The notes below the pieces were generated by a model, which was given only the letters and a program-made list of their open reading frames with translations, did not search any database and had not been told where the DNA came from. 59,926 bases of DNA, taken from NCBI RefSeq assembly GCF_003334765.1, contig NZ_QOWT01000024.1. One strand, given 5' to 3'. Position 1 is the first letter of the stretch; each line of letters opens with the position of its first letter. Shown here one piece after another: positions 31,662 through 45,843 of this stretch. A program made the position numbers and the translations under genes. The DNA comes from Escherichia coli (lineage in GTDB: Bacteria > Pseudomonadota > Gammaproteobacteria > Enterobacterales > Enterobacteriaceae).

Positions 31662-33371
31662 ATGTCTGAAGAAAAATTAGGTCAACATTATCTCGCCGCG
31701 CTGAATGAGGCATTTCCGGGCGTCGTGCTGGACCACGCCTGGCAGACCAAAGATCAGCTGACTGTCACCGTAAAGGTGAACTACCTGCCGGAAGTGGTGG
31801 AGTTTCTTTACTACAAACAGGGTGGCTGGCTGTCGGTGCTGTTTGGTAACGACGAACGCAAACTGAATGGTCATTACGCCGTTTACTACGTGCTGTCGAT
31901 GGAGAAGGGCACTAAGTGTTGGATTACGGTTCGCGTCGAAGTTGACGCCAACAAACCGGAATATCCGTCCGTGACGCCGCGCGTTCCGGCGGCGGTGTGG
32001 GGCGAGCGTGAAGTGCGCGATATGTACGGTTTGATTCCGGTTGGTCTGCCGGATGAACGTCGTCTGGTGCTGCCGGATGACTGGCCGGATGAACTTTATC
32101 CGCTGCGTAAAGACAGCATGGATTATCGTCAGCGTCCGGCACCGACCACCGATGCTGAAACCTACGAGTTCATCAACGAACTGGGCGACAAGAAAAACAA
32201 CGTCGTGCCGATTGGTCCGCTGCACGTCACTTCTGATGAACCGGGCCACTTCCGTCTGTTCGTCGATGGCGAAAACATTATCGACGCCGACTACCGTCTG
32301 TTCTACGTCCATCGCGGCATGGAAAAACTGGCGGAAACCCGTATGGGTTATAACGAAGTGACCTTCCTCTCTGACCGTGTGTGCGGGATCTGCGGCTTTG
32401 CCCACAGCACCGCCTACACCACGTCGGTGGAAAACGCGATGGGTATTCAGGTGCCAGAACGTGCGCAGATGATCCGCGCCATTCTGCTGGAGGTAGAACG
32501 CTTGCACTCGCATCTGCTCAACCTTGGCCTGGCCTGTCACTTTACCGGCTTCGACTCCGGCTTTATGCAGTTCTTCCGCGTGCGTGAAACCTCCATGAAA
32601 ATGGCAGAGATCCTTACCGGTGCGCGTAAAACCTACGGCCTGAACTTGATCGGCGGGATTCGTCGCGATCTGCTGAAAGACGACATGATCCAGACCCGCC
32701 AGCTGGCACAACAGATGCGTCGTGAAGTGCAGGAGCTGGTGGATGTGCTGCTGAGCACTCCGAACATGGAACAGCGCACTGTCGGCATTGGTCGTCTGGA
32801 CCCGGAAATCGCTCGCGACTTCAGTAACGTCGGCCCGATGGTCCGTGCCAGCGGTCACGCCCGTGATACCCGCGCCGATCACCCGTTTGTCGGCTATGGC
32901 CTGCTGCCAATGGAAGTCCACAGCGAGCAGGGCTGCGACGTTATTTCCCGTCTGAAAGTGCGTATCAACGAAGTCTATACCGCGCTGAACATGATCGACT
33001 ACGGTCTGGATAACCTGCCGGGTGGCCCACTGATGGTGGAAGGCTTTACCTACATTCCGCACCGCTTTGCGCTGGGCTTTGCCGAAGCGCCGCGCGGCGA
33101 TGATATCCACTGGAGCATGACCGGCGACAACCAGAAGCTGTACCGCTGGCGCTGCCGTGCCGCGACCTACGCGAACTGGCCGACCCTGCGCTACATGCTG
33201 CGCGGCAACACCGTTTCCGATGCGCCGCTGATTATCGGTAGCCTCGACCCTTGCTACTCCTGTACCGACCGCATGACCGTGGTCGATGTGCGTAAGAAGA
33301 AGAGCAAAGTGGTGCCGTACAAAGAACTCGAGCGTTACAGCATTGAGCGTAAAAACTCGCCGCTGAAATAA
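31662..33371 (+). CDS. hycE: Hydrogenase 3 large subunit [NiFe]
   Basis: ORF track starts 31641; recognised N-terminus MSEEKLGQHY begins at 31662, giving 569 aa; CxxC nickel-binding motifs near N-terminus (RVCGICG) and C-terminus (DPCYSC). Confidence 0.95.
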   Translation: MSEEKLGQHYLAALNEAFPGVVLDHAWQTKDQLTVTVKVNYLPEVVEFLYYKQGGWLSVLFGNDERKLNGHYAVYYVLSMEKGTKCWITVRVEVDANKPEYPSVTPRVPAAVWGEREVRDMYGLIPVGLPDERRLVLPDDWPDELYPLRKDSMDYRQRPAPTTDAETYEFINELGDKKNNVVPIGPLHVTSDEPGHFRLFVDGENIIDADYRLFYVHRGMEKLAETRMGYNEVTFLSDRVCGICGFAHSTAYTTSVENAMGIQVPERAQMIRAILLEVERLHSHLLNLGLACHFTGFDSGFMQFFRVRETSMKMAEILTGARKTYGLNLIGGIRRDLLKDDMIQTRQLAQQMRREVQELVDVLLSTPNMEQRTVGIGRLDPEIARDFSNVGPMVRASGHARDTRADHPFVGYGLLPMEVHSEQGCDVISRLKVRINEVYTALNMIDYGLDNLPGGPLMVEGFTYIPHRFALGFAEAPRGDDIHWSMTGDNQKLYRWRCRAATYANWPTLRYMLRGNTVSDAPLIIGSLDPCYSCTDRMTVVDVRKKKSKVVPYKELERYSIERKNSPLK

Positions 33372-33380
33372 GGAATCGCC

Positions 33381-33923
33381 ATGTTTACCTTTATCAAAAA
33401 AGTCATCAAAACCGGCACGGCGACCTCGTCTTATCCGCTGGAGCCGATTGCGGTTGATAAAAACTTCCGTGGTAAGCCAGAGCAGAACCCGCAGCAGTGC
33501 ATCGGCTGCGCGGCCTGCGTCAATGCCTGCCCGTCAAACGCCTTAACGGTTGAAACTGACCTCGCCACAGGAGAGCTTGCCTGGGAGTTTAATCTTGGGC
33601 ACTGCATCTTCTGTGGACGCTGCGAAGAAGTCTGCCCGACGGCGGCGATCAAACTGTCGCAAGAGTACGAACTGGCGGTGTGGAAGAAAGAAGACTTCCT
33701 GCAACAGTCCCGCTTCGCGCTGTGCAACTGCCGCGTCTGCAATCGTCCTTTCGCCGTCCAGAAAGAGATCGACTACGCCATTGCGCTGCTTAAGCACAAC
33801 GGCGACAGCCGCGCGGAAAACCACCGCGAAAGCTTTGAGACTTGCCCGGAATGTAAGCGCCAGAAATGCCTGGTGCCGTCCGACCGTATTGAACTGACTC
33901 GCCATATGAAAGAGGCCATCTGA
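33381..33923 (+). CDS. hycF: Formate hydrogenlyase subunit 6 (Fe-S)
   Basis: 180 aa ORF with two 4Fe-4S ferredoxin motifs. Confidence 0.95.
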   Translation: MFTFIKKVIKTGTATSSYPLEPIAVDKNFRGKPEQNPQQCIGCAACVNACPSNALTVETDLATGELAWEFNLGHCIFCGRCEEVCPTAAIKLSQEYELAVWKKEDFLQQSRFALCNCRVCNRPFAVQKEIDYAIALLKHNGDSRAENHRESFETCPECKRQKCLVPSDRIELTRHMKEAI

Positions 33924-34690
33924 TGAGCAATTTATTAGGCCCCCGTGACGCCAACGGCATTCCGGTCCCCATGACGGTGGATGAATCCATCGCCAGCATG
34001 AAGGCGTCGTTACTGAAAAAAATCAAACGTTCTGCCTATGTTTACCGCGTGGACTGCGGCGGCTGCAACGGTTGCGAAATCGAAATTTTCGCCACGCTTT
34101 CGCCGCTGTTTGATGCAGAACGCTTCGGCATTAAAGTCGTTCCTTCACCGCGTCATGCGGATATTTTACTGTTTACCGGCGCGGTCACCCGTGCAATGCG
34201 ATCCCCTGCGCTGCGTGCGTGGCAGTCCGCGCCGGACCCGAAAATTTGTATCTCCTACGGTGCCTGCGGTAACAGTGGCGGGATCTTCCACGATCTCTAC
34301 TGCGTGTGGGGCGGTACGGATAAAATTGTCCCTGTGGATGTTTATATCCCTGGCTGCCCGCCAACGCCTGCCGCCACGCTGTACGGCTTTGCAATGGCGC
34401 TCGGCCTGCTGGAGCAGAAAATTCACGCCCGTGGGCCGGGTGAACTGGATGAACAACCGGCGGAGATCCTGCATGGTGATATGGTGCAGCCGCTGCGCGT
34501 GAAAGTGGATCGCGAAGCACGTCGCCTGGCGGGTTATCGTTACGGTCGTCAGATTGCCGATGATTACCTTACACAGTTAGGGCAGGGCGAAGAACAGGTT
34601 GCACGCTGGCTGGAAGCGGAAAACGATCCGCGTCTGAACGAGATTGTCAGCCATCTGAATCATGTTGTTGAAGAGGCGCGTATCCGATGA
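33923..34690 (+). CDS. hycG: Hydrogenase 3 small subunit
   Basis: 255 aa ORF, NuoB-like with CGGC and CPP motifs. Confidence 0.95.
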
Positions 34691-35097
34691 GTGAAAAGGT
34701 GGTGTTCAGTCAACTGAGCCGTAAATTTATTGATGAGAACGATGCCACGCCCGCCGAGGCGCAGCAGGTGGTCTATTACAGCCTGGCGATTGGTCACCAC
34801 CTTGGGGTTATCGATTGCCTGGAAGCGGCGCTCACCTGCCCGTGGGATGAATATCTGGCATGGATTGCCACTCTGGAGGCAGGCAGTGAAGCCCGCCGCA
34901 AAATGGAAGGCGTGCCGAAATATGGTGAGATCGTCATCGACATTAACCATGTGCCGATGCTGGCCAACGCATTCGATAAAGCCCGGGCAGCGCAAACTTC
35001 GCAGCAGCAGGAATGGAGTACAATGCTGTTAAGTATGCTGCATGATATTCATCAGGAAAACGCCATCTATTTGATGGTGAGGAGACTGCGTGACTGA
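34687..35097 (+). CDS. hycH: Formate hydrogenlyase maturation protein HycH
   Basis: 136 aa ORF. Confidence 0.9.
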   Translation: MSEKVVFSQLSRKFIDENDATPAEAQQVVYYSLAIGHHLGVIDCLEAALTCPWDEYLAWIATLEAGSEARRKMEGVPKYGEIVIDINHVPMLANAFDKARAAQTSQQQEWSTMLLSMLHDIHQENAIYLMVRRLRD

Positions 35098-35560
35098 CGT
35101 TTTACTCTGTGTTGGCAATAGCATGATGGGCGATGATGGCGCAGGTCCGCTGCTGGCGGAAAAGTGCGCCGCCGCGCCGAAAGGTAACTGGGTGGTGATT
35201 GACGGCGGTAGCGCACCGGAAAACGACATCGTCGCTATCCGTGAACTGCGCCCGACACGACTGCTGATTGTCGACGCCACGGATATGGGGCTAAACCCCG
35301 GCGAGATCCGCATCATCGACCCGGATGATATCGCCGAGATGTTTATGATGACTACCCATAACATGCCGTTGAATTACCTTATCGACCAGTTGAAAGAAGA
35401 TATTGGCGAAGTGATTTTCCTCGGCATTCAGCCGGATATCGTCGGCTTTTACTACCCGATGACCCAGCCGATTAAAGATGCGGTAGAAACCGTTTATCAA
35501 CGACTGGAAGGCTGGGAAGGAAATGGCGGCTTCGCGCAGTTAGCGGTGGAAGAAGAGTAG
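35090..35560 (+). CDS. hycI: Hydrogenase 3 maturation endopeptidase
   Basis: 156 aa ORF; last gene of the operon. Confidence 0.95.
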   Translation: MTDVLLCVGNSMMGDDGAGPLLAEKCAAAPKGNWVVIDGGSAPENDIVAIRELRPTRLLIVDATDMGLNPGEIRIIDPDDIAEMFMMTTHNMPLNYLIDQLKEDIGEVIFLGIQPDIVGFYYPMTQPIKDAVETVYQRLEGWEGNGGFAQLAVEEE

Positions 35561-35631
35561 TTTTTCATTAAGGAATCAGGACAGGGATGTTCTTGATGGG
35601 GTGAACCAGCTCTGATGCCAAATGCTAAATT

Positions 35632-35710
35632 GCCCGATGCGCTGCGCTTATCGGGCCTTCATGGTTCGTGCGACATGTAGGCCGGATAAGGCGTTCACGC
35701 CGCATCCGGC
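35632..35710. repeat. BIME: two inverted REP elements between hycI and ascB
   Basis: Degenerate REP palindrome at 35632-35656 and canonical REP GTAGGCCGGATAAGGCGTTCACGCCGCATCCGGC at 35677-35710. Confidence 0.85.
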
Positions 35711-35718
35711 ACTGTTAC

Positions 35719-38609
<2,891 letters not shown>

Positions 38610-38868
38610 CGGATTTTATCCTGTTATCAGTAGGGTAGATGTAGTTGTTATCAGTCGACGTGACGGAAAAATGCCGATGCTGAAACGGAATTAAGAAACC
38701 GGTTTCACAAAATCATGAATAGTTGTCACTAAATAAGCAAGAGAGTGAATTGTTCATTTTTTATATTTGTGAAACCGGTCACCTGAATATTTTTCCCGCC
38801 GATTGTGCAAGGACAATCGGCAAACGGTGCAGTACACTGCGTTGATTGCGTGTAAAGGGATGAAAATG

Positions 38869-39879
38869 ATGACGACGATGCTGGAAGTGGCGAAGCGCGC
38901 CGGGGTTTCAAAAGCGACCGTTTCCCGCGTGCTTTCAGGTAATGGCTACGTCAGCCAGGAGACTAAAGATCGCGTGTTTCAGGCGGTAGAAGAGAGCGGT
39001 TACCGTCCAAACTTGCTGGCGCGCAATCTGTCGGCGAAGAGTACTCAGACGCTGGGGCTGGTAGTGACCAACACGCTTTACCACGGCATTTATTTTAGTG
39101 AATTACTCTTTCATGCCGCGCGAATGGCGGAAGAGAAAGGGCGGCAGTTGCTATTGGCAGATGGTAAACACAGCGCAGAAGAAGAGCGCCAGGCGATTCA
39201 GTATCTGCTGGATCTGCGCTGCGACGCGATCATGATTTACCCGCGTTTTTTAAGCGTGGATGAGATCGATGACATCATTGACGCGCACAGTCAGCCGATA
39301 ATGGTGCTTAATCGCCGCCTGCGCAAAAACAGCAGCCATAGCGTCTGGTGCGATCATAAACAGACCAGTTTTAACGCCGTGGCAGAGTTGATAAACGCCG
39401 GGCATCAGGAGATTGCTTTCCTTACCGGCTCGATGGATTCCCCCACCAGCATTGAACGTCTTGCCGGGTATAAAGACGCGCTGGCGCAGCATGGTATTGC
39501 GCTCAATGAAAAACTTATCGCTAACGGTAAATGGACGCCTGCCAGCGGGGCCGAAGGGGTAGAAATGTTGCTCGAACGTGGGGCTAAATTTAGCGCGTTA
39601 GTTGCCAGTAACGACGATATGGCGATAGGTGCGATGAAAGCGTTACACGAGCGCGGCGTAGCGGTGCCAGAGCAGGTGTCAGTTATCGGATTCGATGATA
39701 TCGCTATTGCCCCCTACACCGTTCCGGCGCTCTCCAGCGTAAAAATTCCGGTGACTGAGATGATTCAGGAAATTATTGGACGGCTGATTTTTATGCTCGA
39801 TGGCGGGGATTTCTCACCGCCGAAAACCTTCAGCGGAAAACTGATCCGCCGCGACTCACTCATTGCTCCTTCGCGATAA
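38869..39879 (+). CDS. ascG: LacI/GalR-family repressor of the asc operon
   Basis: ORF track starts 38803; conserved HTH N-terminus MTTMLEVAKRAGVSKATVSRVL begins at about 38869, preceded by AAGGGA; start uncertain by one codon. Confidence 0.88.
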   Translation: MTTMLEVAKRAGVSKATVSRVLSGNGYVSQETKDRVFQAVEESGYRPNLLARNLSAKSTQTLGLVVTNTLYHGIYFSELLFHAARMAEEKGRQLLLADGKHSAEEERQAIQYLLDLRCDAIMIYPRFLSVDEIDDIIDAHSQPIMVLNRRLRKNSSHSVWCDHKQTSFNAVAELINAGHQEIAFLTGSMDSPTSIERLAGYKDALAQHGIALNEKLIANGKWTPASGAEGVEMLLERGAKFSALVASNDDMAIGAMKALHERGVAVPEQVSVIGFDDIAIAPYTVPALSSVKIPVTEMIQEIIGRLIFMLDGGDFSPPKTFSGKLIRRDSLIAPSR

Positions 39880-40027
39880 ACATTGTCATCACATGTCATC
39901 GTCACTAGTGTCGATGACATCGTTTTTCCTGCATTACAGAAATTAATTTCCTTAAATAACAGTAAATTAAAAACTGGCATGATTTGTGAATGTATCGGCG
40001 CATTAACTGTCATTGCTGGAGAATTTG

Positions 40028-40555
40028 ATGAACCGTTTCATCATTGCTGACGCGAGTAAATGTATTGGTTGCCGTACCTGTGAAGTAGCGTGCGTGGTTT
40101 CTCATCAGGAAAATCAGGACTGTGCATCGCTGACCCCGGAAACTTTTTTACCGCGTATCCATGTCATTAAAGGTGTGAACATTTCCACGGCGACAGTTTG
40201 CCGTCAGTGTGAAGATGCACCGTGCGCTAACGTCTGCCCGAATGGTGCTATCAGCCGTGATAAAGGGTTTGTTCATGTGATGCAGGAACGTTGCATTGGT
40301 TGCAAAACCTGCGTTGTGGCTTGCCCGTATGGTGCGATGGAAGTGGTGGTACGTCCGGTGATCCGCAACAGCGGCGCGGGTCTGAATGTACGGGCTGACA
40401 AAGCCGAAGCCAATAAATGCGACCTGTGCAACCATCGTGAAGACGGCCCGGCGTGTATGGCGGCTTGCCCGACTCATGCGCTGATTTGTGTCGATCGTAA
40501 TAAACTTGAACAACTGAGCGCAGAAAAACGCCGCCGTACGGCGCTGATGTTCTAA
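40028..40555 (+). CDS. hydN: Electron-transport ferredoxin-like protein HydN
   Basis: ORF track starts 40013; N-terminus [15 protein letters not shown] gives 175 aa; four 4Fe-4S motifs. Confidence 0.9.
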   Translation: MNRFIIADASKCIGCRTCEVACVVSHQENQDCASLTPETFLPRIHVIKGVNISTATVCRQCEDAPCANVCPNGAISRDKGFVHVMQERCIGCKTCVVACPYGAMEVVVRPVIRNSGAGLNVRADKAEANKCDLCNHREDGPACMAACPTHALICVDRNKLEQLSAEKRRRTALMF

Positions 40556-40707
40556 AAATCTTACAGAACTGTTCTGGCATCAAAGGAATTCCCGGAAATA
40601 TTCGTAGAATACGGAGCGGGCGGTATCGCCGACCTGTGACTGCCGGATGCGACGCTGTCGTGTCCGGCAGGGCGGGTTACGCAATTCATGATGGCGGGAA
40701 TAACTCA

Positions 40708-42960
40708 ATGGCAAAAAACACATCTTGCGGTGTCCAACTGCGTATTCGTGGCAAAGTGCAGGGCGTCGGTTTTCGTCCGTTTGTCTGGCAGCTGGCACAG
40801 CAATTAAATCTTCACGGCGATGTCTGTAATGACGGCGATGGCGTAGAAGTCCGGCTGCGGGAAGACCCGGAAACGTTTCTTGTTCAATTGTATCAGCACT
40901 GCCCGCCGCTGGCGCGTATTGATAGCGTCGAGCGTGAGCCGTTTATCTGGTCACAACTGCCCACCGAGTTCACTATACGCCAGAGCACAGGCGGCACCAT
41001 GAATACGCAAATTGTTCCCGATGCCGCTACTTGCCCTGCTTGCCTTGCCGAAATGAATACCCCAGGCGAACGGCGTTATCGTTATCCGTTTATCAACTGT
41101 ACCCGCTGCGGCCCGCGTTTCACCATTATTCGCGCCATGCCTTACGACCGCCTGTTTACCGTGATGGCGGCGTTTCCGCTATGTCCGGCCTGTGACAAAG
41201 AGTACCGTGACCCGCTCGATCGTCGCTTCCACGCCCAGCCGGTGGCCTGCCCGGAGTGTGGCCCGCATCTTGAATGGGTAAGTCATGGTGAACATGCGGA
41301 ACAAGAGGCGGCATTACAGGCAGCTATCGCACAGTTAAAAATGGGCAAAATTGTCGCCATCAAAGGGATTGGCGGATTTCATCTTGCCTGCGATGCACGT
41401 AACAGTAACGCGGTGGCGACACTTCGGGCGCGCAAACATCGCCCGGCGAAACCGCTGGCGGTCATGTTGCCAGTGGCTGACGGTTTACCAGACGCTGCGC
41501 GCCAGTTGCTTACCACGCCCGCCGCGCCGATTGTGCTGGTGGATAAAAAATACGTTCCTGAGCTTTGTGATGATATCGCCCCTGACCTTAACGAAGTCGG
41601 GGTAATGTTGCCTGCGAACCCGCTCCAGCATTTGCTGTTACAGGAACTGCAATGCCCGCTGGTGATGACCTCCGGCAACCTGAGCGGTAAACCACCAGCT
41701 ATCAGCAACGAACAGGCGCTGGCGGATTTGCAGGGCATTGCCGACGGATTCTTGATACATAACCGCGACATCGTGCAGCGGATGGATGATTCGGTGGTGC
41801 GCGAAAGCGGCGAAATGCTGCGCCGTTCGCGGGGGTATGTGCCGGATGCGCTGGCTTTGCCTCCGGGCTTTAAAAATGTTCCGCCTGTGCTGTGTCTCGG
41901 CGCGGATCTGAAAAATACCTTCTGCCTGGTGCGCGGTGAACAAGCGGTGTTGAGTCAGCATCTGGGCGATTTAAGTGACGATGGCATCCAGATGCAGTGG
42001 CGCGAAGCGTTACGCCTGATGCAAAACATCTACGATTTTACCCCGCAATACGTTGTGCATGACGCGCATCCGGGCTATGTCTCCAGCCAGTGGGCGCGTG
42101 AAATGAATCTGCCGACGCAAACGGTACTGCATCATCATGCCCATGCAGCGGCGTGTCTGGCAGAGCATCAGTGGCCGCTGGATGGCGGTGATGTCATTGC
42201 TTTGACGCTCGACGGTATCGGTATGGGGGAGAACGGCGCTTTGTGGGGCGGCGAGTGCCTGCGGGTGAACTATCGCGAATGTGAGCACCTGGGCGGCTTG
42301 CCTGCAGTGGCGCTTCCGGGTGGCGATTTGGCAGCGAAGCAGCCGTGGCGAAACCTGCTGGCGCAGTGCCTGCGCTTTGTGCCGGAGTGGCAGAATTACT
42401 CTGAAACAGCAAGTGTGCAACAGCAAAACTGGAGCGTGCTGGCGCGGGCCATTGAGCGTGGAATTAACGCGCCGCTGGCGTCATCGTGTGGGCGTTTTTT
42501 CGATGCAGTGGCGGCGGCACTGGGCTGTGCGCCAGCCACGTTAAGTTATGAAGGTGAAGCGGCTTGTGCTCTGGAGGCGCTCGCAGCCTCATGCCACGGA
42601 GTGACGCATCCGGTGACAATGCCGCGGGTGGACAATCAACTGGATCTCGCCACTTTCTGGCAGCAGTGGCTGAACTGGCAGGCACCGGTTAATCAACGCG
42701 CGTGGGCGTTTCATGATGCGCTGGCGCAGGGTTTTGCCGCGTTGATGCGTGAGCAGGCCACGATGCGTGGTATCACTACGCTGGTATTTAGCGGCGGGGT
42801 TATTCATAACCGTTTGCTGCGTGCACGTCTGGCGCATTATCTCGCTGATTTCACATTGCTCTTTCCACAGAGTTTACCGGCGGGTGATGGCGGTTTGTCT
42901 CTGGGGCAGGGGGTTATTGCTGCGGCGCGTTGGTTAGCGGGTGAAGTCCAGAACGGATAA
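40708..42960 (+). CDS. hypF: Hydrogenase maturation carbamoyltransferase HypF
   Basis: ORF track starts 40636; recognised N-terminus [27 protein letters not shown] (acylphosphatase domain) begins at 40708, giving 750 aa; two zinc-finger CxxC pairs, YrdC and Kae1-like domains. Confidence 0.95.
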   Translation: MAKNTSCGVQLRIRGKVQGVGFRPFVWQLAQQLNLHGDVCNDGDGVEVRLREDPETFLVQLYQHCPPLARIDSVEREPFIWSQLPTEFTIRQSTGGTMNTQIVPDAATCPACLAEMNTPGERRYRYPFINCTRCGPRFTIIRAMPYDRLFTVMAAFPLCPACDKEYRDPLDRRFHAQPVACPECGPHLEWVSHGEHAEQEAALQAAIAQLKMGKIVAIKGIGGFHLACDARNSNAVATLRARKHRPAKPLAVMLPVADGLPDAARQLLTTPAAPIVLVDKKYVPELCDDIAPDLNEVGVMLPANPLQHLLLQELQCPLVMTSGNLSGKPPAISNEQALADLQGIADGFLIHNRDIVQRMDDSVVRESGEMLRRSRGYVPDALALPPGFKNVPPVLCLGADLKNTFCLVRGEQAVLSQHLGDLSDDGIQMQWREALRLMQNIYDFTPQYVVHDAHPGYVSSQWAREMNLPTQTVLHHHAHAAACLAEHQWPLDGGDVIALTLDGIGMGENGALWGGECLRVNYRECEHLGGLPAVALPGGDLAAKQPWRNLLAQCLRFVPEWQNYSETASVQQQNWSVLARAIERGINAPLASSCGRFFDAVAAALGCAPATLSYEGEAACALEALAASCHGVTHPVTMPRVDNQLDLATFWQQWLNWQAPVNQRAWAFHDALAQGFAALMREQATMRGITTLVFSGGVIHNRLLRARLAHYLADFTLLFPQSLPAGDGGLSLGQGVIAAARWLAGEVQNG

Positions 42961-42984
42961 AACGTGTTGCATTTGGACACCATT

Positions 42985-43066
<82 letters not shown>

Positions 43067-43087
43067 ATTTTAGGCACAGTAGCCCAC

Positions 43088-44221
43088 CTACATCGGCAAT
43101 GTTTTCAACAATCCAAATGCCTCTTTCATCCGATCCTCACTGACCACAAAGGCGCGAAGCTGGTCAGCATCGTCAACGCCGCGCGCCACCATTCCCTGGC
43201 GTTCGGTATTAATTTGCCAGCGTAAATCCTGACGCTGGGTTTCGCCTGCCAGATGCAGCGGTAATTCCGGCGTTTTGATTTTCACCAGCATCGCCGGGAG
43301 TTTCAGCGGCGTGTTATTGCCGAGAAGATTTTTTGCCAGCACCATCGCGCTAAGTTGAATCGGCTGGAGGAACGGCAATACCTGACCGTTAATTTCCGCG
43401 CAATCGCCCAGCGCGTAAATATCGGTATTACTGGTTTGCAGATAACTATCGACGCAAACGCCGCGATTAATCGTCAGCCCGGCGCGTCGTGCCAGGGCGG
43501 TTTCCGGGCGCAGTCCGGTGGCGGCAATTACCGCATCCACTTCGATGCTACGCTGGCGGTCCAGCGTTGCCAGAATGCCAGAATCCGTTTTTTCCAGCCC
43601 CTGCAACTGAGATTTCAACAGCAGATGAACACCCATCTCCGTCAACCGATGCTGCAAGCGGCTGCTTACTTCCGGTGGCATTAACGACGCCAGAATACTG
43701 GCAGCGTTGTCGATTAGCGTGACCGCTTTGCCTGCACGACAAAAATCCATCGCCAGTTCGCTACCAATCAAACCACCGCCAACAATCAACACGCGTCGGG
43801 CATCCCGCAGTTGCGTTTCACAGGCGCGATACTCTTGCTGACTATTTAACGTCAGCATTAACTCACGCCCAGGCACAGGCGGGACAAAGGCGCTGGCACC
43901 GGTTGCCAGCACTAACTTGTCGTATTGCCACTGATTATTCTGGCTTTTCACCACATGGGCTTCGGCATCGATATCCGTCACCCAGGTGTGCGGAAACAGG
44001 CGCAGATTAAACTGCTCGGCAAATTCACCCGCCGTCTGGCGGGTAAGGTCGTCGGCACGTTGCCCCTGACTGATAACATGGCTGAGGTCAGGTTTGTTGT
44101 ACTCATCTATGCTGTCGGCGGCAATCAAGGTTAATGGAATAGTGGCGTCCTGTTTGCGAATATTTTTCACCAGTTGTCGGGCGGCGAAGCCCGAACCAAT
44201 GATCACAATGCCGTTGCTCAT
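43088..44221 (-). CDS. norW: NADH:flavorubredoxin reductase
   Basis: 377 aa ORF with FAD/NAD-binding motifs ([14 protein letters not shown]). Confidence 0.95.
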   Translation of the reverse strand: MSNGIVIIGSGFAARQLVKNIRKQDATIPLTLIAADSIDEYNKPDLSHVISQGQRADDLTRQTAGEFAEQFNLRLFPHTWVTDIDAEAHVVKSQNNQWQYDKLVLATGASAFVPPVPGRELMLTLNSQQEYRACETQLRDARRVLIVGGGLIGSELAMDFCRAGKAVTLIDNAASILASLMPPEVSSRLQHRLTEMGVHLLLKSQLQGLEKTDSGILATLDRQRSIEVDAVIAATGLRPETALARRAGLTINRGVCVDSYLQTSNTDIYALGDCAEINGQVLPFLQPIQLSAMVLAKNLLGNNTPLKLPAMLVKIKTPELPLHLAGETQRQDLRWQINTERQGMVARGVDDADQLRAFVVSEDRMKEAFGLLKTLPM

Positions 44222-45657
44222 TTTGCCTCCGATGCCAGTTCGTCAAAGACGTCTTTGCCGAGGGAGCATTCCGGGCACAGGAAGTTATCCGGGACTTCAC
44301 TCCACGGCGTTCCTGGTGCAACGTCCTGCATTGGCTCGCCTTTTGCCGGATCGTAAATCCACCGGCAGACGCTGCACTGCATCCGTGGGCCGAGGTCAGC
44401 CGTCGTGGCGGCAGAGGTTTCTTCTTTAACTACCGTATTCACCGTGCTCTGCGGCAGCGGCGCGAGCGCCCACTGACGGGCGATTTCGCGACCGTGTTCA
44501 CGGCATAACTCCAGAGCGTCCTGGTCTGGTCGCCATTTGGCTTTCAGGCTGAGCGACATTTCGAAACCCGCATCCTGCAGGCGCGTGGAAAGACGATCCA
44601 CCGCACCGCCGCTCCAGCCGTGAGAGCCGAAAGCACTGGCGCGTTTGTTACGGAAGCGTAAACCAGTCATCTCCTCCACCAGCCCGGCGATTTTCGGCAT
44701 CATCACGTTATTCATCGTCGAAGTGCCGACCAGCACGCCTTTTGAGCGGAAGACATTGGTCAGGATTTCGTTTTTATCGCTTCGGGCGACGTTGAAAATT
44801 TTCACCGCCACGCGTGGGTCGGTTTCCGCAATCCCCTGGGCGATAGCGTCAGCCATCATGCGGGTGTTATTCGACATGGTGTCGTAGAAAATGGTGATTC
44901 TGTCTTCCTGATAATCAGCCGCCCATTTCAGGTACAGCTCGACAATTTGCGTCGGGTTATCGCGCCAGACCACGCCGTGGGAGGTCGCTATCATATCGAC
45001 TGGTAAGTTAAAGCCCAGGATCTCGGTAATTTTCGGCGTTACCAGGCGGCTGAACGGCGTCAGGATATTGGCGTAGTAACGCTGGCACTGCTCGAAAAGC
45101 TCCGTCTGATCCACTTCATCGTTGAACAGATGCTCGTCACAGTAGTGCTGACCGAAAGCATCGTTACTGAACAGCACCGCGTCGCCTGTCAGGTAAGTCA
45201 TCATGCTGTCCGGCCAGTGCAGCATTGGTGTTTCGACAAAAATGAGCTGTTTGCCGTTGCCGATATCCAGCGTGTCGCCAGTTTTCACCACATTAAAATT
45301 CCACTCCGGATGATGGTGATGACCATTTATCGAGTCGATAGCGTTGGCAGTACAGTAGATCGGCGTATCGGGAATTTGTGCCATCAGTTCGGTCAGCGCC
45401 CCAGCGTGGTCCTCTTCTGCATGGTTAATCACGATGTAATCGATATCCGCCAGATCGATTTCATTACGCAGGTTCTGCACAAATTCGCGGCTGAATTTAT
45501 GGTCGACGGTGTCGATCAGCACGTTTTTTTCTTCGCGGATGAGGTAGCTATTGTAGCTGCTGCCGCGCAGCGTTTTATATTCCGTGCCGTGAAAATCACG
45601 CACTTCCCAGTCACGTTGACCAACCCAATGAATGTTATTTTTCACCACAATAGACAT
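44218..45657 (-). CDS. norV: Anaerobic nitric oxide reductase flavorubredoxin
   Basis: 479 aa ORF: metallo-beta-lactamase-like plus flavodoxin domains and a C-terminal rubredoxin CxxC pair. Confidence 0.95.
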   Translation of the reverse strand: MSIVVKNNIHWVGQRDWEVRDFHGTEYKTLRGSSYNSYLIREEKNVLIDTVDHKFSREFVQNLRNEIDLADIDYIVINHAEEDHAGALTELMAQIPDTPIYCTANAIDSINGHHHHPEWNFNVVKTGDTLDIGNGKQLIFVETPMLHWPDSMMTYLTGDAVLFSNDAFGQHYCDEHLFNDEVDQTELFEQCQRYYANILTPFSRLVTPKITEILGFNLPVDMIATSHGVVWRDNPTQIVELYLKWAADYQEDRITIFYDTMSNNTRMMADAIAQGIAETDPRVAVKIFNVARSDKNEILTNVFRSKGVLVGTSTMNNVMMPKIAGLVEEMTGLRFRNKRASAFGSHGWSGGAVDRLSTRLQDAGFEMSLSLKAKWRPDQDALELCREHGREIARQWALAPLPQSTVNTVVKEETSAATTADLGPRMQCSVCRWIYDPAKGEPMQDVAPGTPWSEVPDNFLCPECSLGKDVFDELASEAK

Positions 45658-45703
45658 AGCAACCTCAATTTATTCAGCGTGTTCTAAAAAGATGTCTTGC
45701 TAA

Positions 45704-45720
45704 TTGCAGATTGCGTGCCA
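45704..45720 (-). promoter_or_regulatory. Sigma-54 (-24/-12) promoter of norVW
   Basis: Reverse complement reads TGGCACGCAATCTGCAA, close to TGGCACG-N4-TTGCA; upstream of norV ATG on the minus strand. Confidence 0.8.
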
Positions 45721-45775
45721 GTTTTTTATCTGATTGTTTTTACTCTATAAATAAAATTATGCCCATTAATGAGTA

Positions 45776-45831
45776 GTCAAAATGACTATCAATCAAATGG
45801 TCGATATGACAATATCTATAGTCAAATTGAC
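45776..45831. promoter_or_regulatory. Three NorR binding sites (GT-N7-AC) in the norR-norV intergenic region
   Basis: GTCAAAATGAC (45776-45786), GTCGATATGAC (45800-45810), GTCAAATTGAC (45821-45831). Confidence 0.8.
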
Positions 45832-45843
45832 AGTGAGGCAAAG

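Noticed and set aside
31677-33110. 477 aa minus-strand ORF
   Set aside because: Antisense to hycE; the translation is low-complexity and rich in His, Arg and Val, typical of an antisense-frame artefact.
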